Positions 28,110-36,092 of a stretch of 64,000 nt of DNA are shown piece by piece; the first letter of the stretch is position 1, and the number at the start of each line of letters is the position of its first letter. Under the pieces are notes generated by a model. The model did no database searches, was not told where the DNA came from, and saw only the letters and a program-made list of their open reading frames with translations. Both the position numbers and the translations under genes were made by a program. Source of the DNA: Escherichia phage Lindwurm; the sequence record NC_134264.1; one strand, given 5' to 3'.

Positions 28110-28187
28110 TGCGGGTTAGATCTCTGGTAGAGATCACTAGTCTCATAAGCTAGAAAGAGGTAGGTTCGATTCCTGCACCCGCTTCCA
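28110..28187 (+). tRNA. tRNA-Met/Ile2 (anticodon CAT)
   Basis: Stem CTAGT/GCTAG; loop ctCATaa; T-arm GTAGG-TTCGATT-CCTGC; first acceptor pair mismatched; CCA. Confidence 0.65.
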
Positions 28188-28207
28188 TTTTAATAGAGGA
28201 TTTCGAA

Positions 28208-28375
28208 ATGAAAGTATTTCGATTAGTAGTAAGTGACAAACGTTCAGGTAAGAATACATCAAAATCCTTACTTGCTCATTACGGTAAAAATTGGGATGAA
28301 GTAATGGTAGAGTTTAGTACTAATCACCCTTACTTAAAAGTCCACTCTATTAAAGAAGTGTATAATGGTTACTAA
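28208..28375 (+). CDS. small hypothetical protein
   Basis: 55-aa ORF between tRNAs, hand-translated, AGAGGA RBS. Confidence 0.4.
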   Translation: MKVFRLVVSDKRSGKNTSKSLLAHYGKNWDEVMVEFSTNHPYLKVHSIKEVYNGY

Positions 28376-28376
28376 T

Positions 28377-28455
28377 AGATCGCTAGCTCAATAGGTTTAG
28401 TAGCATCCGACTTTTAATCGGAAGGTTCTGGGTTCGAGTCCCAGGCGATCTACCA
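28377..28455 (+). tRNA. tRNA-Lys (anticodon TTT)
   Basis: Acceptor AGATCGC/GCGATCT; stem TCCGA/TCGGA; loop ctTTTaa; T-arm CTGGG-TTCGAGT-CCCAG; CCA. Confidence 0.8.
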
Positions 28456-28473
28456 ATTTCAAGAAAAATGCAG

Positions 28474-28502
28474 TTGCTTAATGCTTAATTTCTTGTTATA
28501 AT
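28474..28502 (+). promoter_or_regulatory. T5-type promoter driving ORF-free segment and tRNAs
   Basis: TTGCTT-17 bp-TATAAT. Confidence 0.6.
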
Positions 28503-28834
28503 ATTTATATAAATTGATGCGAAAATAGCTGCCTAGATATCAGGTGTATGACGTCTACACTAGCAGAGCTACCGAAAAAGAGATCCTCAGGATAAACGTC
28601 GTAGCAAAATTAGTCTGATATCCATCAATTTAGTTCACTAAGGTATTAGCTTGACCTAGGACTGGCTGCCAAAAAGCACGATCCCTACGATTCGGGAGAA
28701 GTTCTAGATTAGTCCACTAGATTCAGCGGCAACTGAATAGTGTATCGGGTTTGCGAGATGACGCGGTTCCTTCCGCTCGAAGCGAAGGTGCTGTAGTTAC
28801 GCCGAGCTAATAGCCTTAGTAAACTAAAGAATTT

Positions 28835-28908
28835 GGGGATATAGTTTAATGGTAGAACATCTGCTTTGCACGCAGAAGACGAGGGTTCAACTCCCTCTTT
28901 CTCCACCA
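28835..28908 (+). tRNA. tRNA-Ala (anticodon TGC)
   Basis: Stem TCTGC/GCAGA; loop ttTGCac; T-arm GAGGG-TTCAACT-CCCTC; one acceptor mismatch; CCA. Confidence 0.7.
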
Positions 28909-28913
28909 AATTT

Positions 28914-28998
28914 GGGGCTATGCTGGAACTGGTAGACAATACGGCCTTAGATTCCGTAGCTTAAATGCGTGGGAGTTCGAGTCTCCCTAGCCCCACCA
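28914..28998 (+). tRNA. tRNA-Leu (anticodon TAG)
   Basis: Acceptor GGGGCTA/TAGCCCC; loop ctTAGat; long variable arm; T-arm GGGAG-TTCGAGT-CTCCC; CCA. Confidence 0.75.
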
Positions 28999-29014
28999 AC
29001 TTATAGGGTAATGT

Positions 29015-29599
29015 ATGCAGTTTGTACCAATAAAAGATGCACCAGGGTATTTAGTAAATGAAACAGGGGATGTGTTATCTACATTTACTAATAAAATTTT
29101 ATCAAGATATATAGTTGATGGATACCCTGCTGTAAAATTACAGATAAATGGTAAGCAAACTTCGGTACTTATACACCGAATTATTTCTCATGTATTTGGG
29201 GACTTATATAATCTATTTGACCCTGAATTAGAAGTAGATCACAAGGATAGAGATAGGCTGAATCTATCTAAAGATAATCTTCAAGTTTTGTCAAAAATAG
29301 AACATCAGAAGAAAACTAATAAAGATAATGGATGGTCTGATAGTAGAGTACCTTGCCCCTTATGTGGAAATCTAATGCTTCAGAGATCAGTAACATGTAC
29401 AAATTGTAAGCCAAAACCTACAGGAAAGTTAATAAAACCAGAATTGTCCTTAGAAGACATAACTGAAAAGGTTTTATTAATGGGGTGGGTTAAGGCAGCT
29501 AAAGATCTAGAAGTATCAGAGTCCACTTTACGTAGACGATATACTAAACTAACCGGATTAAGCCCAAAAGTATTAACAGAACAACGGAAAAGCAAATAG
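29015..29599 (+). CDS. HNH homing endonuclease
   Basis: IKDAPGYLVNETGDV N-terminal motif; VDHKDRDRLNLSKDNLQVL...EH HNH core; C-terminal HTH-like segment. Confidence 0.7.
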   Translation: MQFVPIKDAPGYLVNETGDVLSTFTNKILSRYIVDGYPAVKLQINGKQTSVLIHRIISHVFGDLYNLFDPELEVDHKDRDRLNLSKDNLQVLSKIEHQKKTNKDNGWSDSRVPCPLCGNLMLQRSVTCTNCKPKPTGKLIKPELSLEDITEKVLLMGWVKAAKDLEVSESTLRRRYTKLTGLSPKVLTEQRKSK

Positions 29600-29679
29600 A
29601 CTGGTGACTAAACCCGATTGGAAATCGGTTGAGTGGTAGCAATACCGCCTTATGGGTTCAACTCCCATCTTTTCCGCCA
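29586..29679 (+). tRNA. tRNA-Ser (anticodon GGA)
   Basis: Acceptor GGAAAAG/CTTTTCC; stem CCGA/TCGG; loop ttGGAaa; long variable arm; T-arm ATGGG-TTCAACT-CCCAT; CCA. Confidence 0.7.
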
Positions 29680-29691
29680 AACAATTTATAC

Positions 29692-29786
29692 GGTAGGTCA
29701 ATCCAACGGCTGGCGCTGGACTCCGACTTGAAATCGGTTGATCGTAGTGATACGGTGTAAGGGTTCGATCCCCTTACCTACCTCCA
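29692..29786 (+). tRNA. tRNA-Ser (anticodon TGA)
   Basis: Acceptor GGTAGGT/ACCTACC; loop ctTGAaa; long variable arm; T-arm AAGGG-TTCGATC-CCCTT; CCA. Confidence 0.75.
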
Positions 29787-29791
29787 AATCT

Positions 29792-29923
29792 TGAAGTATG
29801 CCGGAATCGGTAGACGGGGCTGCCTAAAAGGTTTATAGAGAACATCCACTCTCTACAACATACCTCATAAAGCGGCTGAGATAAATGGTCTATCTCGTGA
29901 AGGTTCAAGTCCTTCTGCTTCTT
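29792..29923 (+). ncRNA. oversized tRNA-like element (~132 nt)
   Basis: Perfect T-arm GAAGG-TTCAAGT-CCTTC and 6/7-bp acceptor enclosing hairpins AGAG..CTCT and GAGATA..TATCTC; no CCA. Confidence 0.35.
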
Positions 29924-30152
29924 GATACACCTATGGCTCAAAGTGTAACGGTGCTATTTGATACTCTTAGTAAGACTTTCCCGACATGCGTTCGGGAGTA
30001 AGCTGCTAAGGCTAGAGTAGAAGAGTTTCGGAGAGCCGCCACAATTGAAAATTCGTACTCGTCTTGAGCTGCGTGCAATAGGAGATAACTTGATTAGTAT
30101 TCTAGAACATGCTAATTGAGGAAGGTTTCGCTAACCCTGCGAGTTTTCAATT

Positions 30153-30229
30153 GTGGCTATATCATAATTGGTTAATGATCCTGATTGTGAATCAGGCCTA
30201 TGTGGATTCGAATTCCACTAGCCACCCCA
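30153..30229 (+). tRNA. tRNA-His (anticodon GTG)
   Basis: Acceptor GTGGCTA/TAGCCAC; D-stem TCAT/ATGA; stem CCTGA/TCAGG; loop ttGTGaa; CCA. Confidence 0.8.
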
Positions 30230-30287
30230 AATTAACTTAAATAGGGAATAAAATATAGCTGATTTCTGCAAACAATGCTCCGTTGAT

Positions 30288-30452
30288 ATGTGGGGTAGAG
30301 ATACTGGTGATCTTTCTGGTTTGATTACAGAAGCTGAGGTCAAAGAAGGTTATGGTGCAGTTGTGATTTGCGAAGGATGCGGAGTTATTCGAGTAGATCA
30401 TGAAGGCAAACGTTTAGAAGAACAGGAAAACTTAGGAGAAACAAATGAGTAA
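30288..30452 (+). CDS. small hypothetical protein
   Basis: 54-aa hand-translated ORF; no clear RBS. Confidence 0.3.
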   Translation: MWGRDTGDLSGLITEAEVKEGYGAVVICEGCGVIRVDHEGKRLEEQENLGETNE

Positions 30453-30681
30453 TGCTTTAATTAGTGAAATTATGTTAACACGTCTTGCAGAACTGCAAAC
30501 TCTTCGAGATGAATCTCAGAATAACTTAGCGTACCATAAACAAATGGTAGATACTCTTACTACTCGTATTGATACTTACGAGCGTGATATTGCAGCATTA
30601 CAAGCTCTATTCTCTGTACCAGCACCAGATACGTTAGAACAGCCTGCTGTTTCTCAGCCAGTAGAAACAGCATCTAGTTAA
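30445..30681 (+). CDS. hypothetical protein
   Basis: 78-aa ORF with GGAGAAAC RBS. Confidence 0.45.
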   Translation: MSNALISEIMLTRLAELQTLRDESQNNLAYHKQMVDTLTTRIDTYERDIAALQALFSVPAPDTLEQPAVSQPVETASS

Positions 30682-30690
30682 TAGCATTCT

Positions 30691-30766
30691 TGGGATGTAG
30701 ATCAATTGGCAGATCGTCGGCCTCTGACTCCGAAGGTTCCACGTTCGATCCGTGGCATCCCAGCCA
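30691..30766 (+). tRNA. tRNA-Gln (anticodon CTG)
   Basis: Acceptor TGGGATG/CATCCCA; D-stem GATC/GATC; loop ctCTGac; T-arm CCACG-TTCGATC-CGTGG; CCA. Confidence 0.7.
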
Positions 30767-30772
30767 AACAAT

Positions 30773-30848
30773 TGGAGAGTAGTGTAACGGTTAGCACAAC
30801 GGCCTTTGACTCCGTTAATGGTAGGTTCGATTCCTCCTTCTCCAGCCA
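30773..30848 (+). tRNA. tRNA-Gln (anticodon TTG)
   Basis: Acceptor TGGAGAG/TTCTCCA; loop ctTTGac; T-loop TTCGATT; CCA. Confidence 0.7.
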
Positions 30849-30856
30849 AGTAATAA

Positions 30857-30932
30857 GCGGTTAAGCACACGGGTTGTGTCGCAGGCCTTCCAAGCCTAGC
30901 TGAGTAGGGTTCGATTCCCTCTAGCCGCTCCA
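30857..30932 (+). tRNA. tRNA-Gly (anticodon TCC)
   Basis: Acceptor GCGGTTA/TAGCCGC; stem AGGC/GCCT; loop ctTCCaa; T-loop TTCGATT; CCA. Confidence 0.65.
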
Positions 30933-30948
30933 ACTTTAAGGAAACATT

Positions 30949-31200
30949 ATGCACGTTTTTGAGTTTCGTAATAAAAGTACCGATAAACGAGTTATTGTTA
31001 TTGGAGAAACATACCGAGCATACGAACAAACTGACGGATCTGTTATACTGAATGATGAGAAAGGGGGTTTTAGCTTTTATCCAGAAGAACCTTATGAAGA
31101 GTTTCGAAAACAATTTAACCTAGACTGGAGAAAGCATTTAAACACTGTTGCTTCATCTGTAGTATTGCCAACTACCAGTACTGTGCTCTCTAATGGCTGA
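30949..31200 (+). CDS. hypothetical protein
   Basis: 83-aa ORF with AAGGAAAC RBS. Confidence 0.45.
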   Translation: MHVFEFRNKSTDKRVIVIGETYRAYEQTDGSVILNDEKGGFSFYPEEPYEEFRKQFNLDWRKHLNTVASSVVLPTTSTVLSNG

Positions 31201-31357
31201 TAACCTAAAAGTCAAGATCGATAAACAAAAGAAACGTGTAGAAGTAGAGATTGGTGAAGAACGTGTAGCCTTCACCTTTGAATTTCTACAACAAATGGCA
31301 ATGACAGTTATGACTGATAAGTCTCCTGTTATTGAAAAAGAAATCCCGTTGAAATAA
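31193..31357 (+). CDS. small hypothetical protein
   Basis: 54-aa hand-translated ORF, start overlapping stop of preceding gene. Confidence 0.35.
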   Translation: MADNLKVKIDKQKKRVEVEIGEERVAFTFEFLQQMAMTVMTDKSPVIEKEIPLK

Positions 31358-31365
31358 CGGGTTCT

Positions 31366-31452
31366 GCTGGGTTGGCAGAATGGTTGAATGCACCTGATTT
31401 GTAATCAGGAGGAGTAATCCCACTGCAGGTTCGAATCCTGTGCCCAGCACCA
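31366..31452 (+). tRNA. tRNA-Thr (anticodon TGT) with ~15-nt variable region
   Basis: Acceptor GCTGGGT/GCCCAGC; stem CCTGA/TCAGG; loop ttTGTaa; T-arm GCAGG-TTCGAAT-CCTGT; CCA. Confidence 0.6.
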
Positions 31453-31466
31453 ATTTAAGGACTAGT

Positions 31467-31634
31467 ATGTTTAAACTACTAGTAGTTATCTGGTATAGTC
31501 AATCAAACAGAGCTAATACCTCCCACGTTATAGACTTTAATACTAAAAACGAAGCTGAAAAAGCATACGCTAATTTAATAGAACGTAATAAAGAATCTCG
31601 TAGTATAGTTTATGAAGTGACTAAACTCTATTAA
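31467..31634 (+). CDS. small hypothetical protein
   Basis: 55-aa ORF from ATG 31467 with AAGGA RBS. Confidence 0.35.
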   Translation: MFKLLVVIWYSQSNRANTSHVIDFNTKNEAEKAYANLIERNKESRSIVYEVTKLY

Positions 31635-31642
31635 AAATTCAT

Positions 31643-31671
31643 TTGCTTTCTCTCTTATTTCTTGTTATAAT
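31643..31671 (+). promoter_or_regulatory. T5-type early promoter
   Basis: TTGCTT-17 bp-TATAAT. Confidence 0.65.
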
Positions 31672-31701
31672 ATTTATATAAATTAATGAGAGGGAAACCA
31701 A

Positions 31702-31995
31702 ATGAAACGTTATCTTTCTGTTGTGTTCCAAACTGGTGGTCAACGCTATACCTATGAATTTCCTAGCTCTTGGAAGATCAAAGAAGGTGATCAAGTAGTA
31801 GTGTTAACACCGCGTGAGGGTTTCAAGGTAGTAACGGTTAAGCAAGTATTTCCAAAAGAGCATGAACCAGCTAAAGGCATTCGCTATAAGATGATTCATG
31901 GTGTAGTTCGTCAAGTACCACGAGCGGAAGTCGAAATCAAAGTAGATAAAGATGGTAAACTTAAATATACCTCTTGCTTAGACGAGTTGCTATAA
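31702..31995 (+). CDS. hypothetical protein
   Basis: 97-aa ORF with GAGAGGGAAAC RBS. Confidence 0.5.
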   Translation: MKRYLSVVFQTGGQRYTYEFPSSWKIKEGDQVVVLTPREGFKVVTVKQVFPKEHEPAKGIRYKMIHGVVRQVPRAEVEIKVDKDGKLKYTSCLDELL

Positions 31996-32201
31996 TGAGG
32001 ATTACTTTCACAGAAAAGATCATGAGTAATGGTGTTATGATCATTACCGCATGGGATGGTAGTCAGTGGTGTAGTGTTTCAGGTATTAAGCCTGAAAAAC
32101 AAACACTAGAAAATATCTCAAAGATTAAGCGAATAATGGCAGAACGTGCACGACTTCCAGGTGCGCCTAGAAATGGCAAACGTTCTGCTGTAAAATGTTA
32201 A
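31995..32201 (+). CDS. hypothetical protein
   Basis: 68-aa ORF; ATG overlaps preceding stop (TAATG). Confidence 0.45.
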   Translation: MRITFTEKIMSNGVMIITAWDGSQWCSVSGIKPEKQTLENISKIKRIMAERARLPGAPRNGKRSAVKC

Positions 32202-32202
32202 T

Positions 32203-32279
32203 ACTTCGGTAGCTTAGCGATCTAAAGCACTCGGCTGATAACCGAGAGATCGGGGGTTTAAATCCCTCCCGGAGTACCA
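32203..32279 (+). tRNA. tRNA-Ile (anticodon GAT)
   Basis: Acceptor ACTTCGG/CCGGAGT; stem CTCGG/CCGAG; loop ctGATaa; T-arm GGGGG-TTTAAAT-CCCTC; CCA. Confidence 0.8.
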
Positions 32280-32375
32280 AATTTAGGAATTAAGACTATG
32301 CGTCCAGGAAAGTTTAAAAAAGCTAATTGGACTAAAGAGTATAAAGAATACTTACTTAGTCTAGTAAAACATAAT

Positions 32376-32451
32376 AGTTAGTTGGCAGAGCGGTTATGCA
32401 CCTCCTTCATACGGAGCGATTACAGTGGTTCAAATCCACTACTAACTACCA
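32376..32451 (+). tRNA. tRNA-Met (anticodon CAT)
   Basis: Acceptor AGTTAGT/ACTAACT; loop ttCATac; T-arm AGTGG-TTCAAAT-CCACT; CCA. Confidence 0.75.
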
Positions 32452-32488
32452 TTAAAATAGCTAGAGATAGCTAAATTTAGGAGCAGCT

Positions 32489-32683
32489 ATGTTAACAATT
32501 AAAATAATGTCAGCCAAGAATGGGGAACAGATTCATACAGGCAAAAGTGTAAGCTTTAATCCTAGAAATAAAAGATTGGCTATAGTTGGAGTAGACCAAG
32601 CCATCTTTTTAAAAGAAGATGAAGTAGCATATGTCATGAACCAAACTGGTAAGACAGTTTCCGTATACTATGGAAAAGTATAA
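32489..32683 (+). CDS. hypothetical protein
   Basis: 64-aa ORF with AGGAG RBS. Confidence 0.45.
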   Translation: MLTIKIMSAKNGEQIHTGKSVSFNPRNKRLAIVGVDQAIFLKEDEVAYVMNQTGKTVSVYYGKV

Positions 32684-32725
32684 AGAATAAAAAGCTGAGC
32701 CAAATTCTAACATCGGGGAGATCTA

Positions 32726-33094
32726 ATGAAAGCATATCAAAATCTTAAATCTGGCGTAATTAACCTTGTTCATGAAAATCAGATTATTCAGCTATACTCC
32801 GACAACGGTGAACTTAAACAGAAAGTTCTAGTTGAAGATCTAGAAGGTATCACACCGCAATTCGATCCTGAATCCTTCCGTGAAGTTAAGGTGGAAGTCG
32901 TCCCTCAAATCGAAGGTGGTCAGCACCTAAATGTCAATGTGTTAAGCCGTGATCAGCTTTTGGATGCGCAGAAACATCCTGAAAAATATCCTCAGTTGAC
33001 CATCCGTGTCTCTGGCTACGCTGTTCGATTTAATGCACTGACTCGTGAACAACAGAACGACGTTATTAGTCGTACATTTACTCAGGCAATGTAA
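32726..33094 (+). CDS. autonomous glycyl-radical cofactor (GrcA/YfiD-like)
   Basis: [11 protein letters not shown] and [27 protein letters not shown] match the GrcA glycyl-radical domain. Confidence 0.75.
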   Translation: MKAYQNLKSGVINLVHENQIIQLYSDNGELKQKVLVEDLEGITPQFDPESFREVKVEVVPQIEGGQHLNVNVLSRDQLLDAQKHPEKYPQLTIRVSGYAVRFNALTREQQNDVISRTFTQAM

Positions 33095-33175
33095 TGGGGT
33101 TTGGATACGATTTCTCCCAGCTACGCAAGGTAGTCGAGCAAACTCCGTTTATCTCCCAAGTTTTAGGAGAAATGT

Positions 33176-33481
33176 GTGGATCGAGCATTAAGACGCCATC
33201 ACCGGCAACGTGTGAAGAACAACCGTAAGAAGTATTGGACAGTCTTTCCACATGAAGAAAGCCCTAAGCGGTTAGGTATTATCACTACTACTCCTTGCAT
33301 CTGTTCTTGTTGGATGTGTGGGAACCCTCGCAAATATTATAAGAATAGTAAAGCAGGTATGAAAACCTCGGAGATCAGGAAAATGGAAGCGATGATTGCG
33401 GACATCACCTATACTGGTGGTATTTCAAATGATGAATTTGATGGCTTCGTAGCGTTCGAAGATGAACGCCCCGATCTGTAA
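33176..33481 (+). CDS. Cys-rich hypothetical protein
   Basis: 101 aa with CICSCWMCGNP cluster. Confidence 0.45.
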   Translation: MDRALRRHHRQRVKNNRKKYWTVFPHEESPKRLGIITTTPCICSCWMCGNPRKYYKNSKAGMKTSEIRKMEAMIADITYTGGISNDEFDGFVAFEDERPDL

Positions 33482-33492
33482 TTAATAACAAA

Positions 33493-33526
33493 CCCCAGCT
33501 ATTGAATAAGTAGTCTGGGGTTTTTC
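33493..33526 (+). terminator. rho-independent terminator
   Basis: CCCCAG...CTGGGG stem followed by TTTTT. Confidence 0.65.
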
Positions 33527-33602
33527 TGTATAAAGGTACATAATATATGTATAATAAAATTCATCCACATTAGGTTAATTTAAAAGACTTAATGGAGGTA
33601 AT

Positions 33603-33950
33603 ATGAGCCGTACTTATCGTAAACAATCTGGTGATCAGTGGTGGAAGTCTAAAGAACAATTCTCTCAAGAATATTCTTTCCTCAAAGAAAATGGCTACTG
33701 GATTCGTGTTATTTATGCCAAATCCTGGGACGACATCAAAAAAGAAATGAAGGAAGCAACCATTCGTAATGAGAAAAAGGATGGTTATAACTGGAATTCT
33801 ATTAGTAAGAATGTTAAGTGGCATTCTAATAAAATGGTTCGTCAAGGGAATCGTCAAGAACTCCACCGCGTGATGAAAGATCCAGAAAATTATGATTATA
33901 ATCGCGATCATGACATGCGTAAACGTGGGTTATGGTGGTGCTATGACTAA
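33603..33950 (+). CDS. hypothetical protein
   Basis: 115-aa ORF with GGAGG RBS. Confidence 0.5.
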   Translation: MSRTYRKQSGDQWWKSKEQFSQEYSFLKENGYWIRVIYAKSWDDIKKEMKEATIRNEKKDGYNWNSISKNVKWHSNKMVRQGNRQELHRVMKDPENYDYNRDHDMRKRGLWWCYD

Positions 33951-33966
33951 ATTCTGAAATAATTCA

Positions 33967-33995
33967 TTTGCTAAACCTCTCTTTTCTTGCTATAA
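33967..33995 (+). promoter_or_regulatory. T5-type early promoter
   Basis: TTGCTA-17 bp-TATAAT. Confidence 0.65.
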
Positions 33996-34026
33996 TATGT
34001 TTATAAATTGATGAGAGAGGTTTGAA

Positions 34027-34308
34027 ATGAAAACTCGTCTAGACTGTGCTGTTCATGTTCTTGAACATGATGTTGCGGGAACCTGTATGTCTTACCACGA
34101 AGCAGGTCGTTTAATTAAAGAACGTGTGGCAGATGTGTGCGGATTGAAGATTACTGCTGAGGAAGCTGATGATCTTTTAGGTCAAGCACTGGAGAAAACC
34201 GAAATGTTTCTCTGTGATTCTTGTTCTTGGTGGTGTGAAGCCCACGAACGTTCTTTCAACGATTATGATGTATGTCGTGATTGTAGTGGGGAGGATGAAG
34301 ATGAATAA
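34027..34308 (+). CDS. Cys-rich hypothetical protein
   Basis: 93 aa; CDSCSWWC...CRDC; acidic tail GEDEDE overlaps next gene's RBS. Confidence 0.5.
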   Translation: MKTRLDCAVHVLEHDVAGTCMSYHEAGRLIKERVADVCGLKITAEEADDLLGQALEKTEMFLCDSCSWWCEAHERSFNDYDVCRDCSGEDEDE

Positions 34309-34600
34309 GTTTATTATTGCACTGATGATATCCGCAGTTAGTTTCGGTTCTCTGGCGTCTACCAAAGTTTCTATGAAAAATGGTAATGTTAAAGTCCAAC
34401 AGAACGGCATTATTACCGAGTATGGTAAAGTTCGTGATGTTAAGGAACGTAATGGTAAAGTAGAAATATATACTAATAAAAACTTCTCTACTCCAGCCGT
34501 TACTATTAGCAAACGCGGTGAAATAACCACTCAACGTACTAATAGTTCTGATTCTTTTACTTGTCGTTATGATTGCGACTTTGAAGGTGAAGATGAATAA
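34301..34600 (+). CDS. secreted small protein
   Basis: Signal peptide MNKFIIALMISAVSFGSLAST; acidic tail EGEDE overlaps next start. Confidence 0.5.
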   Translation: MNKFIIALMISAVSFGSLASTKVSMKNGNVKVQQNGIITEYGKVRDVKERNGKVEIYTNKNFSTPAVTISKRGEITTQRTNSSDSFTCRYDCDFEGEDE

Positions 34601-35012
34601 TTTAGACCCTAGAATTAAATTTGCAATTACAGAAATCCAAGATCAAATTGATGAGGACTTCACTGTTTGGTCAAGGTCTGGTAATGGAGAATATTGCCAG
34701 CTTTATAGCATGAAAATGGGTATTTCAATTGAGCTTAACATCAACTCTGAAGGTAGAGTAGAAGCCCAACCCATGTTCAGTATTCCAGGCTTCTCAGGAT
34801 TTGTTGCAGGTATAAAATTGTGTCTACCAAATAACCATCTTCATCGAGTTATTTGTCAGTTAGAGACTATTAAGCATTTCTTGCCAGAAGGTAACATTAA
34901 TGACTACTACCATGAAGTTGTAGCAGCTCATATGATGAAAGAAAGTAAACGTCGGAGAGAAGAACGTGAAAAGACTAAACATCAACAGCACAGTGCAGAT
35001 CCCAGCAACTAA
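34593..35012 (+). CDS. hypothetical protein
   Basis: 139-aa ORF from ATG 34593 with GAAGG RBS. Confidence 0.5.
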   Translation: MNNLDPRIKFAITEIQDQIDEDFTVWSRSGNGEYCQLYSMKMGISIELNINSEGRVEAQPMFSIPGFSGFVAGIKLCLPNNHLHRVICQLETIKHFLPEGNINDYYHEVVAAHMMKESKRRREEREKTKHQQHSADPSN

Positions 35013-35358
35013 GGATGTTTTAACATTCCTACGTAGTGAGAATACTCAGTTTTGGCATGACTATATTCAGGAAAATAAAAATAACCCAGATGTAGTTGCC
35101 TTTGCCAAAAAACGTATTGGTGAATATAAAGATCCAGAGATTAAAGATGGGATGATTACCATGCAGTTATGGGTAGCTATGAAAACCTTTGGACCCACTA
35201 TGAGTCTAGGATTTACTCCACTGTTTACTAATATTCTAATTAATGAAAAGGATCTGAAATTATTATCTCTCCATTTGCTCTTTGGTTCGTCATTGGATCT
35301 GTGGTTGCTATTTACAGCTTGGTTGATGATCTGTATATTTCTAAGAATAAAGATGTAA
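34966..35358 (+). CDS. hypothetical protein (3' part uncertain)
   Basis: 130-aa ORF; hydrophobic C-terminus may be a frame artefact. Confidence 0.35.
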   Translation: MKRLNINSTVQIPATKDVLTFLRSENTQFWHDYIQENKNNPDVVAFAKKRIGEYKDPEIKDGMITMQLWVAMKTFGPTMSLGFTPLFTNILINEKDLKLLSLHLLFGSSLDLWLLFTAWLMICIFLRIKM

Positions 35359-35653
35359 TATTATACGTTATACATAAAACTCGACCGTTAGATCTGCCCC
35401 CTCTTGATGATAAAACATTACTCAGATGTGCTAGATCTATGATATTTATTGTGGATATTCTTCTAGGCCCAACATCTGTGTTTTTCTTTTATAGAAAGAC
35501 TCGTAATATGAAAAAATTTAAAGCTGAAATGCAGAATACCTAAAGAACTCGCGTAGGACCGAGTTGCGTCACCTGCAACTGTTACGGATAAGGGAGTCGT
35601 GCCCCTTAGTGCGGTAAGTGGTGAGTTGGTCGCTGACCTTAACTGGAGATTAT

Positions 35654-35998
35654 ATGACTATAGTACTAATTCTTGTTACCACCTGGTTTTTAATCGGCGC
35701 TGTGTATGCAGTAGCTATACTTAGACACTTAGATGAATATTCTGCTGAATGGTTCATTAAACACCTTCGTATAGACAACAAAGAGCACGAGTTTGAAAAC
35801 GAAAAACAAAGAAAAGCAGTTGAAGAAATGACAGGCGAAGAATGTTTATTCTACATGCGTGCAATAGGATTCTTAGGATTATTTGGTGCTGGCCCACTAG
35901 GTTTTACCATAGCCCCTTATAAAGAAACAGTAGACGATATTAAGTTATGGAGAAATGCAGGGGTACTACGCAAAGCTAGAGAAACCAATATTACATAA
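35654..35998 (+). CDS. membrane protein
   Basis: Start MTIVLILVTTWFLIGAVYAVA (TM helix) with GGAG RBS. Confidence 0.5.
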   Translation: MTIVLILVTTWFLIGAVYAVAILRHLDEYSAEWFIKHLRIDNKEHEFENEKQRKAVEEMTGEECLFYMRAIGFLGLFGAGPLGFTIAPYKETVDDIKLWRNAGVLRKARETNIT

Positions 35999-36042
35999 GA
36001 TTGATACTAAATCAACTTACTAGCAAAAGCAAATAATGACAA

Positions 36043-36078
36043 AGCCCAGCCTGCACTTTTGCGACTGGGCTATTTTTA
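36043..36078 (+). terminator. rho-independent terminator
   Basis: GCCCAG...CTGGGC stem followed by TATTTTTA. Confidence 0.6.
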
Positions 36079-36092
36079 TAATAAAATTTTAG

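Noticed and set aside
30634-31113. Track ORF 30634..31113 (-), 159 aa
   Set aside because: Runs antisense through three tRNA genes and a plus-strand ORF; tRNA T-arm and acceptor evidence is stronger.
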